Positions 48,531 to 56,885 of a stretch of 56,885 nucleotides of DNA are shown piece after piece. The stretch is from sequence record DRR723986_44686. One strand, given 5' to 3'. The position numbers and the translations under genes were made by a program. The number at the start of each line of letters is the position of its first letter. Positions within the stretch are counted from its first letter, which is position 1. The notes below the pieces were generated by a model. The model saw only the letters and a program-made list of their open reading frames with translations, was not told the origin of the DNA and ran no database searches.

Positions 48531-50783
48531 TTATTTATTGAATTTTTGTTCCCACATTTTCTTCAAGGGCAAAAGCAAAAGCGGGAGAAGTAACATATCT
48601 GCCAATAGCGCAAAAATCAACGAAGCTGAAATCAACAAGCCTGTAAAGTGAGTTACGCCAAACTGGCTAAAAATCAGCAAACCAAATCCAGTTGTTAAGA
48701 CCACTGTAGTCAAAGCTATCGCTTTCCCGGCTTCTAGACAGGTACGCTTCAGCGCATAAATTAGGTTTTTGCCCAAGCTAAGCTCATGCTTTAGCCTGCT
48801 CATAAAATGAATGCTGTCATCTACCGCAATTCCAAAGGCAACAGTAAAAAGTATGGCTGTGGTCAATTTAAATTCTATATCCAGTAAATACATTAGTCCT
48901 AGCATCCAAATAAGCGGAATTAAATTAGGGATCAATAACAGGAATGAGATTCGCCAACTTCGAAACAAAAAACCAACAATAATCCCTACTAATAAAAAAG
49001 CGACACCAAGACCTTTTGCCATTTGCTTGGTGACTGACTTATGGCCTTTGTCAATTAGATAAGCGGTCCCTGTCCATCGAACTTTTAATAAGTCAGAATC
49101 AATTTCATTGTTTACAAAATCATTTAGTTCATCCCTTAGTTCAGACATTTTCAAAGACCCTAGATCAGGTACCCTGGAGCTGATTCTACCAGTTTTTCTA
49201 TCCTTACTGAGTACTTGCTTACCATTTAGTTCCAAAGCTTTATCAAGCCAGCGCCCCATTCGCTGACGCTGCCCAGAGGACGGAAGAGTAAATGCTTTAG
49301 GATCTCCTTGATTCTGCGCCTGATTGATAGATTTGATCAGTGTCAAAGGTGAAATTATCTTGCTATCTCCAAATAACTCATGAATTTTAGCCTCAACTTT
49401 ATCCAATTCTTTTAAGACCTCTAGGTCTAGTAAAGAGATTGCTTTGGGACCAATGGAAACAGAAATCTCTAATGGATTTGACCCTCCAAATTGCTCATCA
49501 AAGTATTCAAAATCTTTTTGAATCGGGTGGTCCAAGGGCAGGTTATCCAGTAAGTAGCCGTTTATCTCCAACTTTGAACCAAGAAAAACACAAAGTATTG
49601 TAATCCCTAAAAATGAAAGATAGATCGATTTTCTCTTTTTTAATTGCCAAGCAAAAAGCCTGTGTAAAATGTCAGGTTGTTCAACCTTTGGGATAGAATA
49701 ACTTTTAGCTATTGGGATGAGAAATAATAAGCCTGGAGAAATAAGTATTACTGCCAAAAAAATAACCAAAACTCCCAATCCAGTTGTCCAGCCAAAATCC
49801 TGAAGCGCTGGAATTGTGGTGAAATAAAGTGAAACAAAACCTAATGAGGTGGTTAATACTGTCAACCAGACAGGCATGAGCAGTTCCTTGTAAATAGCTG
49901 TGATAGCGTCCCCTTTATTTACTCCAGTTTTGAGTTTCTTAGTTAGATGGGTGAAAAAATGGATTAAAGCGCTCAAGCCAACAATCATAAAAATAGTTGG
50001 CTGCATGATTGACATTACATCGAATGGTTCTCCCAAATAAAGAAGTAAGCCAAAAGCCCATGCAACTCCAATAAGGAGTACAACTAGGGGAATAACTACA
50101 CCCCACCAAGAACGAAAAATGATAATCAGCAAGAATACCATGAGCAAGATCGAGCAACCAAAAAACAGCCCGAATTCATTTTGCATTAGCACGATAAAGT
50201 CACCTTGCGTTTGAATTTTCCCTGCTATGGCAAGTGGTTCAATTTCAAATTGGGAGAATAATTCTTTGATTGAACAATACAGTTCGTCACCAGCAACCTT
50301 GGATATATTTTGTTCATTCTTGATCAATAAGAGCAGTGCATTCCCGTCTTTCGATATCAATTGGGAACGATATTGATTCAAATTAGCCGACGTGTTGGCC
50401 AAAGATTTTTCATCAGACCAATCCAGTAATTTTCTATAGGTTAAGCCAAAAACACCAATTACCGGTTGCCTCAAGTTAAGAATGGAAATGACCGTATCCA
50501 CTTTCTCCAATTTTTGAATTTGGGACTGGATCCTATTTGCCTTTTCTAAAAAATCTAGCTTCAGTAGCTCATCCTCAGAATTGCTGAGGGCAATAAGCAA
50601 GTAGTCATTATCATTTTCAAACTGACTTTTGAAGGTATTATAGAAATCTAGATCTGTGTCATTCTGCGGAAAAAAGGTCTCAAAATTATAATTAAATTGA
50701 GGTAGAGGACGGAATATTATGAGTAAAATGCTGAGAATGGCAGCAACAGCGAGTAAAGAATAAGAGGTAGATTTTTGGAACAT
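48531..50783 (-). CDS. MMPL/RND-family transporter
   Basis: Two repeats of TM bundle plus periplasmic loop; GIAVDDSIHF motif. Confidence 0.9.
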   Translation of the reverse strand: MFQKSTSYSLLAVAAILSILLIIFRPLPQFNYNFETFFPQNDTDLDFYNTFKSQFENDNDYLLIALSNSEDELLKLDFLEKANRIQSQIQKLEKVDTVISILNLRQPVIGVFGLTYRKLLDWSDEKSLANTSANLNQYRSQLISKDGNALLLLIKNEQNISKVAGDELYCSIKELFSQFEIEPLAIAGKIQTQGDFIVLMQNEFGLFFGCSILLMVFLLIIIFRSWWGVVIPLVVLLIGVAWAFGLLLYLGEPFDVMSIMQPTIFMIVGLSALIHFFTHLTKKLKTGVNKGDAITAIYKELLMPVWLTVLTTSLGFVSLYFTTIPALQDFGWTTGLGVLVIFLAVILISPGLLFLIPIAKSYSIPKVEQPDILHRLFAWQLKKRKSIYLSFLGITILCVFLGSKLEINGYLLDNLPLDHPIQKDFEYFDEQFGGSNPLEISVSIGPKAISLLDLEVLKELDKVEAKIHELFGDSKIISPLTLIKSINQAQNQGDPKAFTLPSSGQRQRMGRWLDKALELNGKQVLSKDRKTGRISSRVPDLGSLKMSELRDELNDFVNNEIDSDLLKVRWTGTAYLIDKGHKSVTKQMAKGLGVAFLLVGIIVGFLFRSWRISFLLLIPNLIPLIWMLGLMYLLDIEFKLTTAILFTVAFGIAVDDSIHFMSRLKHELSLGKNLIYALKRTCLEAGKAIALTTVVLTTGFGLLIFSQFGVTHFTGLLISASLIFALLADMLLLPLLLLPLKKMWEQKFNK

Positions 50784-50918
50784 TAACTAATCTGAAATGG
50801 CATTTAGACCTGTTTGCCTCTCCAAGTATAATAATATTGAAGGTGGTTTGTTTTAAATCAATTCCATTTATTATCTGAACTGATTAACTTGCCGAAACTT
50901 GAAAATCAAACTTAGAAG

Positions 50919-51713
50919 ATGAAGCAATACCACGATTTGATGCGCAAAATCCTTGATGAAGGAGCTGTAAAAGGAGATAGAACGGGAACAGGAACACGGA
51001 GCATTTTCGGTCATCAAATGCGTTTTGATTTATCAAAAGGTTTTCCAGTAGTCACTACCAAAAAGCTCCACCTTCGCTCTATCATCATCGAGCTGCTTTG
51101 GTTTCTAAAAGGTGATTCAAATATCAAATACCTTAACGACAACAAAGTTTCTATTTGGAATGAATGGGCTGACGAAAATGGTGATTTGGGGCCGGTTTAT
51201 GGTTATCAGTGGAGACATTGGCCAGATGGCAAAGGCGGAGAAATCGATCAGATCAAAAACCTTATTCATCAGATCAAAACTAAACCTGACAGTCGCAGAC
51301 ATATTGTAAGTGCCTGGAACGTGGCTGATGTAGATAATATGGCTTTACCTCCATGTCACACTATTTTTCAGTTCTATGTAGCTGATGGTAAATTGAGTTG
51401 CCAGCTGTATCAGAGAAGTGCAGATGTTTTTCTTGGAGTACCTTTTAACATTGCGTCCTATGCTTTATTTACCATGATGGTGGCGCAGGTTTGCGGGTTG
51501 GAAGCGGGTGATTTCATTCACACCTTTGGAGATGCACATTTGTATTCCAACCATCTGGAGCAGGCAGAATTACAATTGAGTCGGGAGATCAGGGATTTAC
51601 CTACTATGAAAATCAATCCTGAAGTCACTGATATTTTTGAATTCAAATACGAAGATTTTGAATTGATTAATTACGATCCACACCCACATATTAAAGCTGC
51701 AGTTGCGGTATAA
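50919..51713 (+). CDS. thyA: Thymidylate synthase
   Basis: DRTGTGT, ELLWF, LGPVYG.QW, ALPPCH, YQRSAD.FLG.PFN. Confidence 0.98.
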   Translation: MKQYHDLMRKILDEGAVKGDRTGTGTRSIFGHQMRFDLSKGFPVVTTKKLHLRSIIIELLWFLKGDSNIKYLNDNKVSIWNEWADENGDLGPVYGYQWRHWPDGKGGEIDQIKNLIHQIKTKPDSRRHIVSAWNVADVDNMALPPCHTIFQFYVADGKLSCQLYQRSADVFLGVPFNIASYALFTMMVAQVCGLEAGDFIHTFGDAHLYSNHLEQAELQLSREIRDLPTMKINPEVTDIFEFKYEDFELINYDPHPHIKAAVAV

Positions 51714-51815
51714 TCGCTCCGAAAGAAGTTTGAAGAAATAGTTTGGCTGATGGTTAGAATTACCAGAAATAGTTAGATTTAGGTTAACTATTTTTACCAG
51801 TCACACTTACATCAT

Positions 51816-52514
51816 ATGAAACTAAACCACTTAAGTGCTTTGCTAATTCTATTAGCATGTTGTGGATGCTCTTCTGAAGAAGAGTACCCGGTAATTGAAG
51901 CCAATTTTGAATTAAAATCCGACAAAACTTTAGCCTTTGTCCCTGTGCAATTTGAATCAGTTGTAGATGGTGCTTATGCTTATTTCTGGGATTTCGGTAA
52001 TGGCACCACATCAAATGAGAAGACTGTATCTCCTATTTACGAAGAGCCTGGGACCTACACAGTAAGCTTAACTACCACCTCGCTCAATAAAGTGAAAAAT
52101 ACGGTTAGAAAAGAGGTGAAAATCGGCGCCTATTTCATCAATAAAATAACCGCAATCCCAAGAAATGGGTATTCGAATGGGGATTTGTATTTTGGAATCC
52201 AGCAAGATAAACCATCCGGCTGGATTGCGGTCGATCAGAATAAAATCCCTTTTGAGCTTAGTTCCTCAGGAGAGCCATTTCAGATCTCCACTCCAAAAAT
52301 TGCATTTGGAGGTAATAGCTTTGACTTTGGACTTCCCATTATCATCCTAGTTGATAACACTACAAATACAGAACCTGCCAACTCCTATTTACAAAGTGGT
52401 TCAGCAAAGATGGAGTTGAATGAAGAGGGAACTGCAGGAAAGATATATCTTAACTTAAGAGCTGTGGCTAAATATGATTTTGAATTAGAGTTTAGCTATG
52501 AATATATAGATTAA
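51816..52514 (+). CDS. PKD-domain lipoprotein
   Basis: Cys-rich lipobox region; YFWDFGNG..S..YEEPGTYTVSL PKD motif. Confidence 0.82.
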   Translation: MKLNHLSALLILLACCGCSSEEEYPVIEANFELKSDKTLAFVPVQFESVVDGAYAYFWDFGNGTTSNEKTVSPIYEEPGTYTVSLTTTSLNKVKNTVRKEVKIGAYFINKITAIPRNGYSNGDLYFGIQQDKPSGWIAVDQNKIPFELSSSGEPFQISTPKIAFGGNSFDFGLPIIILVDNTTNTEPANSYLQSGSAKMELNEEGTAGKIYLNLRAVAKYDFELEFSYEYID

Positions 52515-52531
52515 GTTTCTAGTATTTACCT

Positions 52532-52567
52532 AAAAAAGCCCTGAACCGTGAGATTCAGGGCTTTTTT
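52532..52567. terminator. Bidirectional intrinsic terminator between convergent genes
   Basis: AAAAAAGCCCTGAA-N8-TTCAGGGCTTTTTT perfect inverted repeat. Confidence 0.92.
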
Positions 52568-52571
52568 GCGT

Positions 52572-53141
52572 TTAGGGTGCTATCCGGTTTAAACACCTGT
52601 TTACTCCTTCCTGATCATTCCATATAAATACTTGTGAATGTCCGAAAACATCAAGAATCACGGAATAATGATCATTTGAAATAAAATAGCGATTACTATC
52701 CTCTTTAGATTTTCTGATTTCCATACTAGAAATTAAATTAGTTTTAATTTCATTAAAGTATATACCATGATCATAAAGTCTAGAAAAAAAGGCGAATGTG
52801 TGATCATTTTCACTATACGCATAAATACTCACAGGTGTCTTGCCTTCCTTCGAAACATACCTAGATATTTTATACGTACTGCCATCAATTTGAAATTTAG
52901 CAGAACAAGAAGGCAATACATGTTCCACCTTCGCCAACCTTGTTTCCCAATGTGCCTTAAAATCAAAAGAATCAACATATACACGTGGCGTAATAGAGAT
53001 TTTCTCCTTCAATTCTTTCAAGAAAGCTAATGGACTAGTAGTGGGGAATTTACCAACGTAAGATATCTTGATTTCAAAGCCATCTACAGCTATATTTTTT
53101 ATTTTATAACCTGTGAAAGCCCGAAGAATTTTATTAAGCAT
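52572..53141 (-). CDS. Hypothetical protein
   Basis: 189-aa ATG ORF ending at the terminator; no recognised motif. Confidence 0.65.
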   Translation of the reverse strand: MLNKILRAFTGYKIKNIAVDGFEIKISYVGKFPTTSPLAFLKELKEKISITPRVYVDSFDFKAHWETRLAKVEHVLPSCSAKFQIDGSTYKISRYVSKEGKTPVSIYAYSENDHTFAFFSRLYDHGIYFNEIKTNLISSMEIRKSKEDSNRYFISNDHYSVILDVFGHSQVFIWNDQEGVNRCLNRIAP

Positions 53142-53246
53142 TGTGTGGTTTTGAAAAGATTTGAAGCAATTAGTGAAGATACATTAATAGATCGACGAAA
53201 CACATTATATAAGCTATAAAAACCCTGAATTAGTTAAAATTTAGTC

Positions 53247-53287
53247 AAAAAAAAAAATGGCCTCCATTATTAATTGAAGGTCATTTT
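53247..53287 (-). terminator. Intrinsic terminator after the S9 peptidase gene
   Basis: Imperfect stem AAAATGACCT..AGGCCATTTT ending in a run of 11 T on the minus strand. Confidence 0.7.
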
Positions 53288-53299
53288 AGTAAAAATCAA

Positions 53300-56128
53300 T
53301 TATTGATTGAGCTCATATTTTAATGTCTTTCCTTTCTGCACAGCAGGCAGCCCTTCTGTCATCCAAAGAGGTGCTGGAGCTCCCTTTAGGTAATGATCAA
53401 AGAACTGACTTAATCGAACTGATAAATCCTTTCTATTTTTACGTTGTACCAAATTGTGATCCTCACCATTATATTGAAGTAACCAAGCTGGCTGATTCAA
53501 TCGCTTCAATGCCATAAACATCTCTATCCCCTGATACCACGGCACAGATCCATCTTCGTCATTATGCATGATCAGTACTGGCGTTTTGACTCTATCCATA
53601 AAAAACAGAGGAGAGTTCTCTATATAATAGACTGGTTTTTCCCAAAGAGTCCCTCCTATTCTAGATTGTGTTTGCTCGTATTGGAACATGCGGCTCATGC
53701 CAGTTCCCCATCGGATTCCGCCATAAGCTGAAGTCATATTCACTACCGGCGCACCAGCTCCTGCAGCTTTAAACATGTCTGTTTGAGTGATTAGATAAGC
53801 TACTTGATAACCACCCCAGCTCTGTCCCTGAATCGCAATATTATCAGCATCTACGAAGCCTTTGGCCACAATTGACTGAACACCTGGGATAATACAGCTA
53901 TAGGCACTTGGCCCTGGAAGTCCCAATTCATATTTGATATCCGGTACAAAAACCAAGTAGTCGTTACTGACAAAATATGGGATGTTAATCGTTGAAGCGC
54001 TAGGTGCGGGAGCTCTATAATTGTGTAAACCATCACTATTTCTCTCATAGAAATAAACCATCATTGGATATTTCTTTGACTCATCAAAATCCTCAGGCTT
54101 GAACAGTAGGCCTTGCAAAGGATCTCCATCATTGCTCACATATTCCACTAATTCCACTGACCCCCAATTAACACTGGCCTGCTGAGGATTGAGGTTAGAC
54201 ACCTTTTTAAGATTCTTAAAACTCAGATCACCTAGATAAAGGTCTGGGTTCTCTTGATAAGTAGATTTGTTTAAAATAATTTCTGAACTTTCCTTGGCTT
54301 TGGTCAGTCCGGAATAACGATTTGCTGTCATTATTAACTGCTTTGGAGCAGTTTTGCCATCAAAAGAACCAGTGAAATAGCCAGCATCTTTTGTTTTTTC
54401 ATTAAATGCAGTTAGTAATAACTGCCCTTTGGGATCGATACTACGCTCTTCTCTATCCAGATCCTGTCTTCTAAAAACTATGGAAGACTTTCTTCCTTCT
54501 CCCTGAGTCAAGTTAATAGCAGAAGAAGGATTTTCAGGGTCTATTTTCCAAATATCGAACCTATCATATACCAGAAATGCCTCATCACCAGCTAGCCAAC
54601 CCGCGTTACCATAGCTTCCAGGAAGAGATGGTGAGTCATGCAACTCTTCGTAGAATACTTCTGAGAGTTGTTTGGTGAGATTAATTTTCGATTTCTTCGC
54701 TACATCGTAAGCTACCCAGCTACTATCACGTCCATCATACCAGTAAACATACTTGCCTTCTGGTGAAATCGAAGGAAATCCTGAAGCGTCCTTCTCAATC
54801 AAGGTCTTTGAACCATCGGTGAAATCAATCAAGTACAAATCTCTACCAATCTGAATATCCCAACTGTAATTGATCCGATAAGGGGCATCTGAATAGGCCA
54901 GCCCAAAATCACGCTCTACTTTTGGTTCCAAGCTCACATTTTTCACTTCTAAATCAGCAAGTTGAGTGATTTTATCAGTGGTAAGATCTATAGCAGCTAG
55001 GTAAGAGAAACGTTCTTCCCTTCCCTTATTCTTGAGCTGCATGGGCTGAATCTCCGAATCCTGCCATCCCCAAATATCCAAGCTAACTCTTTGATCGTCT
55101 AATATTGTGGTATCACTTTCATAGCTATAATCTACGTAGTCTGGAGCTACACCAAAAAATAGGCGTTCTTCACTTTCAGAGAATTTAAGATTACCATTCT
55201 CGCTTATTCTCCCATTACTTAAAATTCCCTCAGAATCTTTTGTTACAATTTCTTTAAGATCAGCAGTAGCAGTCTTTACAAGGAAAAGTGAATGATATGG
55301 TTTCTTAGACTTTGCAGAATCATCGGTTGCTAAATATGCCAGGTACTTTGTTTTAGGTGAGAATGTTACTTCAGAATAGGAAGTCATGCCTTCAGAGATC
55401 AGTTTACTCTCCCCGCTCTCAAGGTTAAGTAGGTATAAAGCAGCATTGTCTAAGGTATCTTCCTCGGCAAGGACGTAATGAAGAAAAGCTCCATCTTTGG
55501 AGAAGCTGTATGACTTCACTCGTTCAAAATCATAGCTCAGAGATCCATCCAATTTCCTTACGTTAAGCAGTGTTCCTTCAGTCTTTTTAGGTTTTTCAGC
55601 TTTAGCGGTAGAATCATTTTCGACTTCTTTATCCACTTTAGCTTTCTCTTTTTTCTCTTTTTCAAAATGAATAGCAACCCAACTTCCAGCCTTTTCAGGG
55701 AGTGAAAATGATTTTACTCTTGGGAATTTCTCCAAACTGCCGGCTTCCATATTATAAATGAATAGGCTGTCAGTTGGCATATCCTCCTTCTTAGCCTTTT
55801 TCAATTTTAATAAATAAACTGAATCAGCCTCAGGAACTATTTTTCCCACCGCATATAAATCATCTGCAGAAAATTCAAAGGAAGTTCCTCGTGGAATAAC
55901 CTGACGGGTTGAGGGATTTTTGAAAGAAAAAATCTCCAGCCTATCATCTCCATCTTGAGGGCTGATTTGAAAACCCACCCATTGGCCATTTTTAGTTATT
56001 TTCTCAGAAGCCATTCTTTCCCAACCATCATAATCGGCATGGGTCAATGGTCTTTTCTGTTGCGCAAAAAGAATTTGCGATACCAAGAGTAACACTAAAA
56101 GTGTAGCTCCCAATTTGTGAAATTTCAT
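53300..56128 (-). CDS. S9 prolyl oligopeptidase-family serine peptidase
   Basis: Signal peptide; beta-propeller-type N-terminus; GQSWGG nucleophile, HNDEDG, EDH triad. Confidence 0.93.
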   Translation of the reverse strand: MKFHKLGATLLVLLLVSQILFAQQKRPLTHADYDGWERMASEKITKNGQWVGFQISPQDGDDRLEIFSFKNPSTRQVIPRGTSFEFSADDLYAVGKIVPEADSVYLLKLKKAKKEDMPTDSLFIYNMEAGSLEKFPRVKSFSLPEKAGSWVAIHFEKEKKEKAKVDKEVENDSTAKAEKPKKTEGTLLNVRKLDGSLSYDFERVKSYSFSKDGAFLHYVLAEEDTLDNAALYLLNLESGESKLISEGMTSYSEVTFSPKTKYLAYLATDDSAKSKKPYHSLFLVKTATADLKEIVTKDSEGILSNGRISENGNLKFSESEERLFFGVAPDYVDYSYESDTTILDDQRVSLDIWGWQDSEIQPMQLKNKGREERFSYLAAIDLTTDKITQLADLEVKNVSLEPKVERDFGLAYSDAPYRINYSWDIQIGRDLYLIDFTDGSKTLIEKDASGFPSISPEGKYVYWYDGRDSSWVAYDVAKKSKINLTKQLSEVFYEELHDSPSLPGSYGNAGWLAGDEAFLVYDRFDIWKIDPENPSSAINLTQGEGRKSSIVFRRQDLDREERSIDPKGQLLLTAFNEKTKDAGYFTGSFDGKTAPKQLIMTANRYSGLTKAKESSEIILNKSTYQENPDLYLGDLSFKNLKKVSNLNPQQASVNWGSVELVEYVSNDGDPLQGLLFKPEDFDESKKYPMMVYFYERNSDGLHNYRAPAPSASTINIPYFVSNDYLVFVPDIKYELGLPGPSAYSCIIPGVQSIVAKGFVDADNIAIQGQSWGGYQVAYLITQTDMFKAAGAGAPVVNMTSAYGGIRWGTGMSRMFQYEQTQSRIGGTLWEKPVYYIENSPLFFMDRVKTPVLIMHNDEDGSVPWYQGIEMFMALKRLNQPAWLLQYNGEDHNLVQRKNRKDLSVRLSQFFDHYLKGAPAPLWMTEGLPAVQKGKTLKYELNQ

Positions 56129-56258
56129 AGTAAAGTAGATTAGCTAATAGTATAGGACCAAGAACCCAAAAATCGCATTTTCGATAATACTTTTCGAAAA
56201 ACCGGCTATCAGGCACCCCTCAAAAGTAAATTACCCACATACTATTCACTAACCGCTC

Positions 56259-56284
56259 AAAAAAAAAGCTGGAAAAACCAGCTT
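56259..56284 (-). terminator. Intrinsic terminator
   Basis: Minus strand AAGCTGG-TTTTT-CCAGCTT ending in a run of 9 T, right after the stop at 56286. Confidence 0.8.
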
Positions 56285-56285
56285 A

Positions 56286-56816
56286 CTATTTTTGTATGAT
56301 TAGCTCAAAAGTTTCTACACCATAAGTATCGAAACCAGGAACCGGTTTACAATCAGGCAACTTTCTAAGCACATAATCAATTCGTTCATACAACCCTTTA
56401 TCTACATCGCTTAACACTTCAAATCCCATCAAACTTCCCTTGGAATTTACTTGAAGTAGAATTTTCACCTCGTCAATCAGAGCAGATTTTTTGGTTCTAA
56501 ATAAAAAAGGGGAATAACTATCTATGATATCAAGCGTATTTTCAGACCAAACCCAATGAGAATTCAAGTTGGTAGCTAAATTATTTTCCACAGCAGAAAG
56601 TGGCGTAAAAGTCAAATCTGTTGATTCACTGGTTTTTGAGGAGCTAGAAGCACTTTCTACACTTCTCAACTTCAGCTTATGGTATTCAACAAAATCATTT
56701 GTAGCGATAGCACCACCATTAGAAACCTGGGCCACTAGTGGGTTACCTGCAATAGGTGTAAACAGACAAAAAATAAGGACTAAATAACTTAAAACTCTTA
56801 GAGAGCGCATTTTCAT
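56286..56816 (-). CDS. Exported hypothetical protein with a possible TonB C-terminal-like domain
   Basis: ATG at 56816 gives a signal peptide (the ORF extends to 56867); V.ILLQVNSKG....EVL......ID.VLRKLP..KP resembles TonB_C. Confidence 0.6.
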   Translation of the reverse strand: MKMRSLRVLSYLVLIFCLFTPIAGNPLVAQVSNGGAIATNDFVEYHKLKLRSVESASSSSKTSESTDLTFTPLSAVENNLATNLNSHWVWSENTLDIIDSYSPFLFRTKKSALIDEVKILLQVNSKGSLMGFEVLSDVDKGLYERIDYVLRKLPDCKPVPGFDTYGVETFELIIQK

Positions 56817-56885
56817 AATATCGAAGTATAAAAACAAAATATGATTATCCGCAATGTTGCCAGTCACCTTAGATTCTTTGCTTAT

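Noticed and set aside
773-56787. The many other 60-120 aa ORFs nested in or antisense to long genes
   Set aside because: They overlap confident CDSs and lack recognisable features
1-56885. CRISPR arrays, IS elements, integrases, tRNA or rRNA
   Set aside because: No regularly spaced repeats, transposase/integrase motifs or RNA-gene signatures were seen, and the intergenic gaps are short

Overview
AT-rich Bacteroidota DNA, probably Cytophagales/Cyclobacteriaceae (Algoriphagus-like). This placement is inferred from gene content, the T9SS CTD and TAnnTTTG promoters. About 43 kb (1-43306) is a minus-strand surface-polysaccharide region with two tandem Wzx/Wzy-type operons. Operon A (42.6-19.9 kb): SLBB/OPX exporter, ugd, acetyltransferase, wzz, wbpE/D/B, rffA(wecE), wecF-like, wzx, GT4s, wzy-like, a GH123-like hydrolase and a Wzi-family gene. 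Operon B (19.7 kb to beyond the left edge): UDP-HexNAc dehydrogenase, a 2611-aa lectin-tipped SprB-like T9SS adhesin, wza, wzc, GTs and a Wzy_C protein. A small winged-helix gene with a degenerate nucleotidyltransferase-like C-terminus heads the locus. The best novel signal is a 19-bp palindrome, TGAGTAnCAAAGnTACTCA, found directly upstream of that regulator and again upstream of operon B. In both places it encloses a perfect -7 promoter box, suggesting an undescribed autoregulated repressor circuit for an EPS-plus-lectin-adhesin operon. The right ~13 kb is ordinary: penicillin acylase-family, DUF2911, EEP, MMPL, thyA, PKD lipoprotein and S9 peptidase genes. No rRNA, tRNA, IS or CRISPR was seen. 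All product calls come from motif recognition by eye, not database searches.
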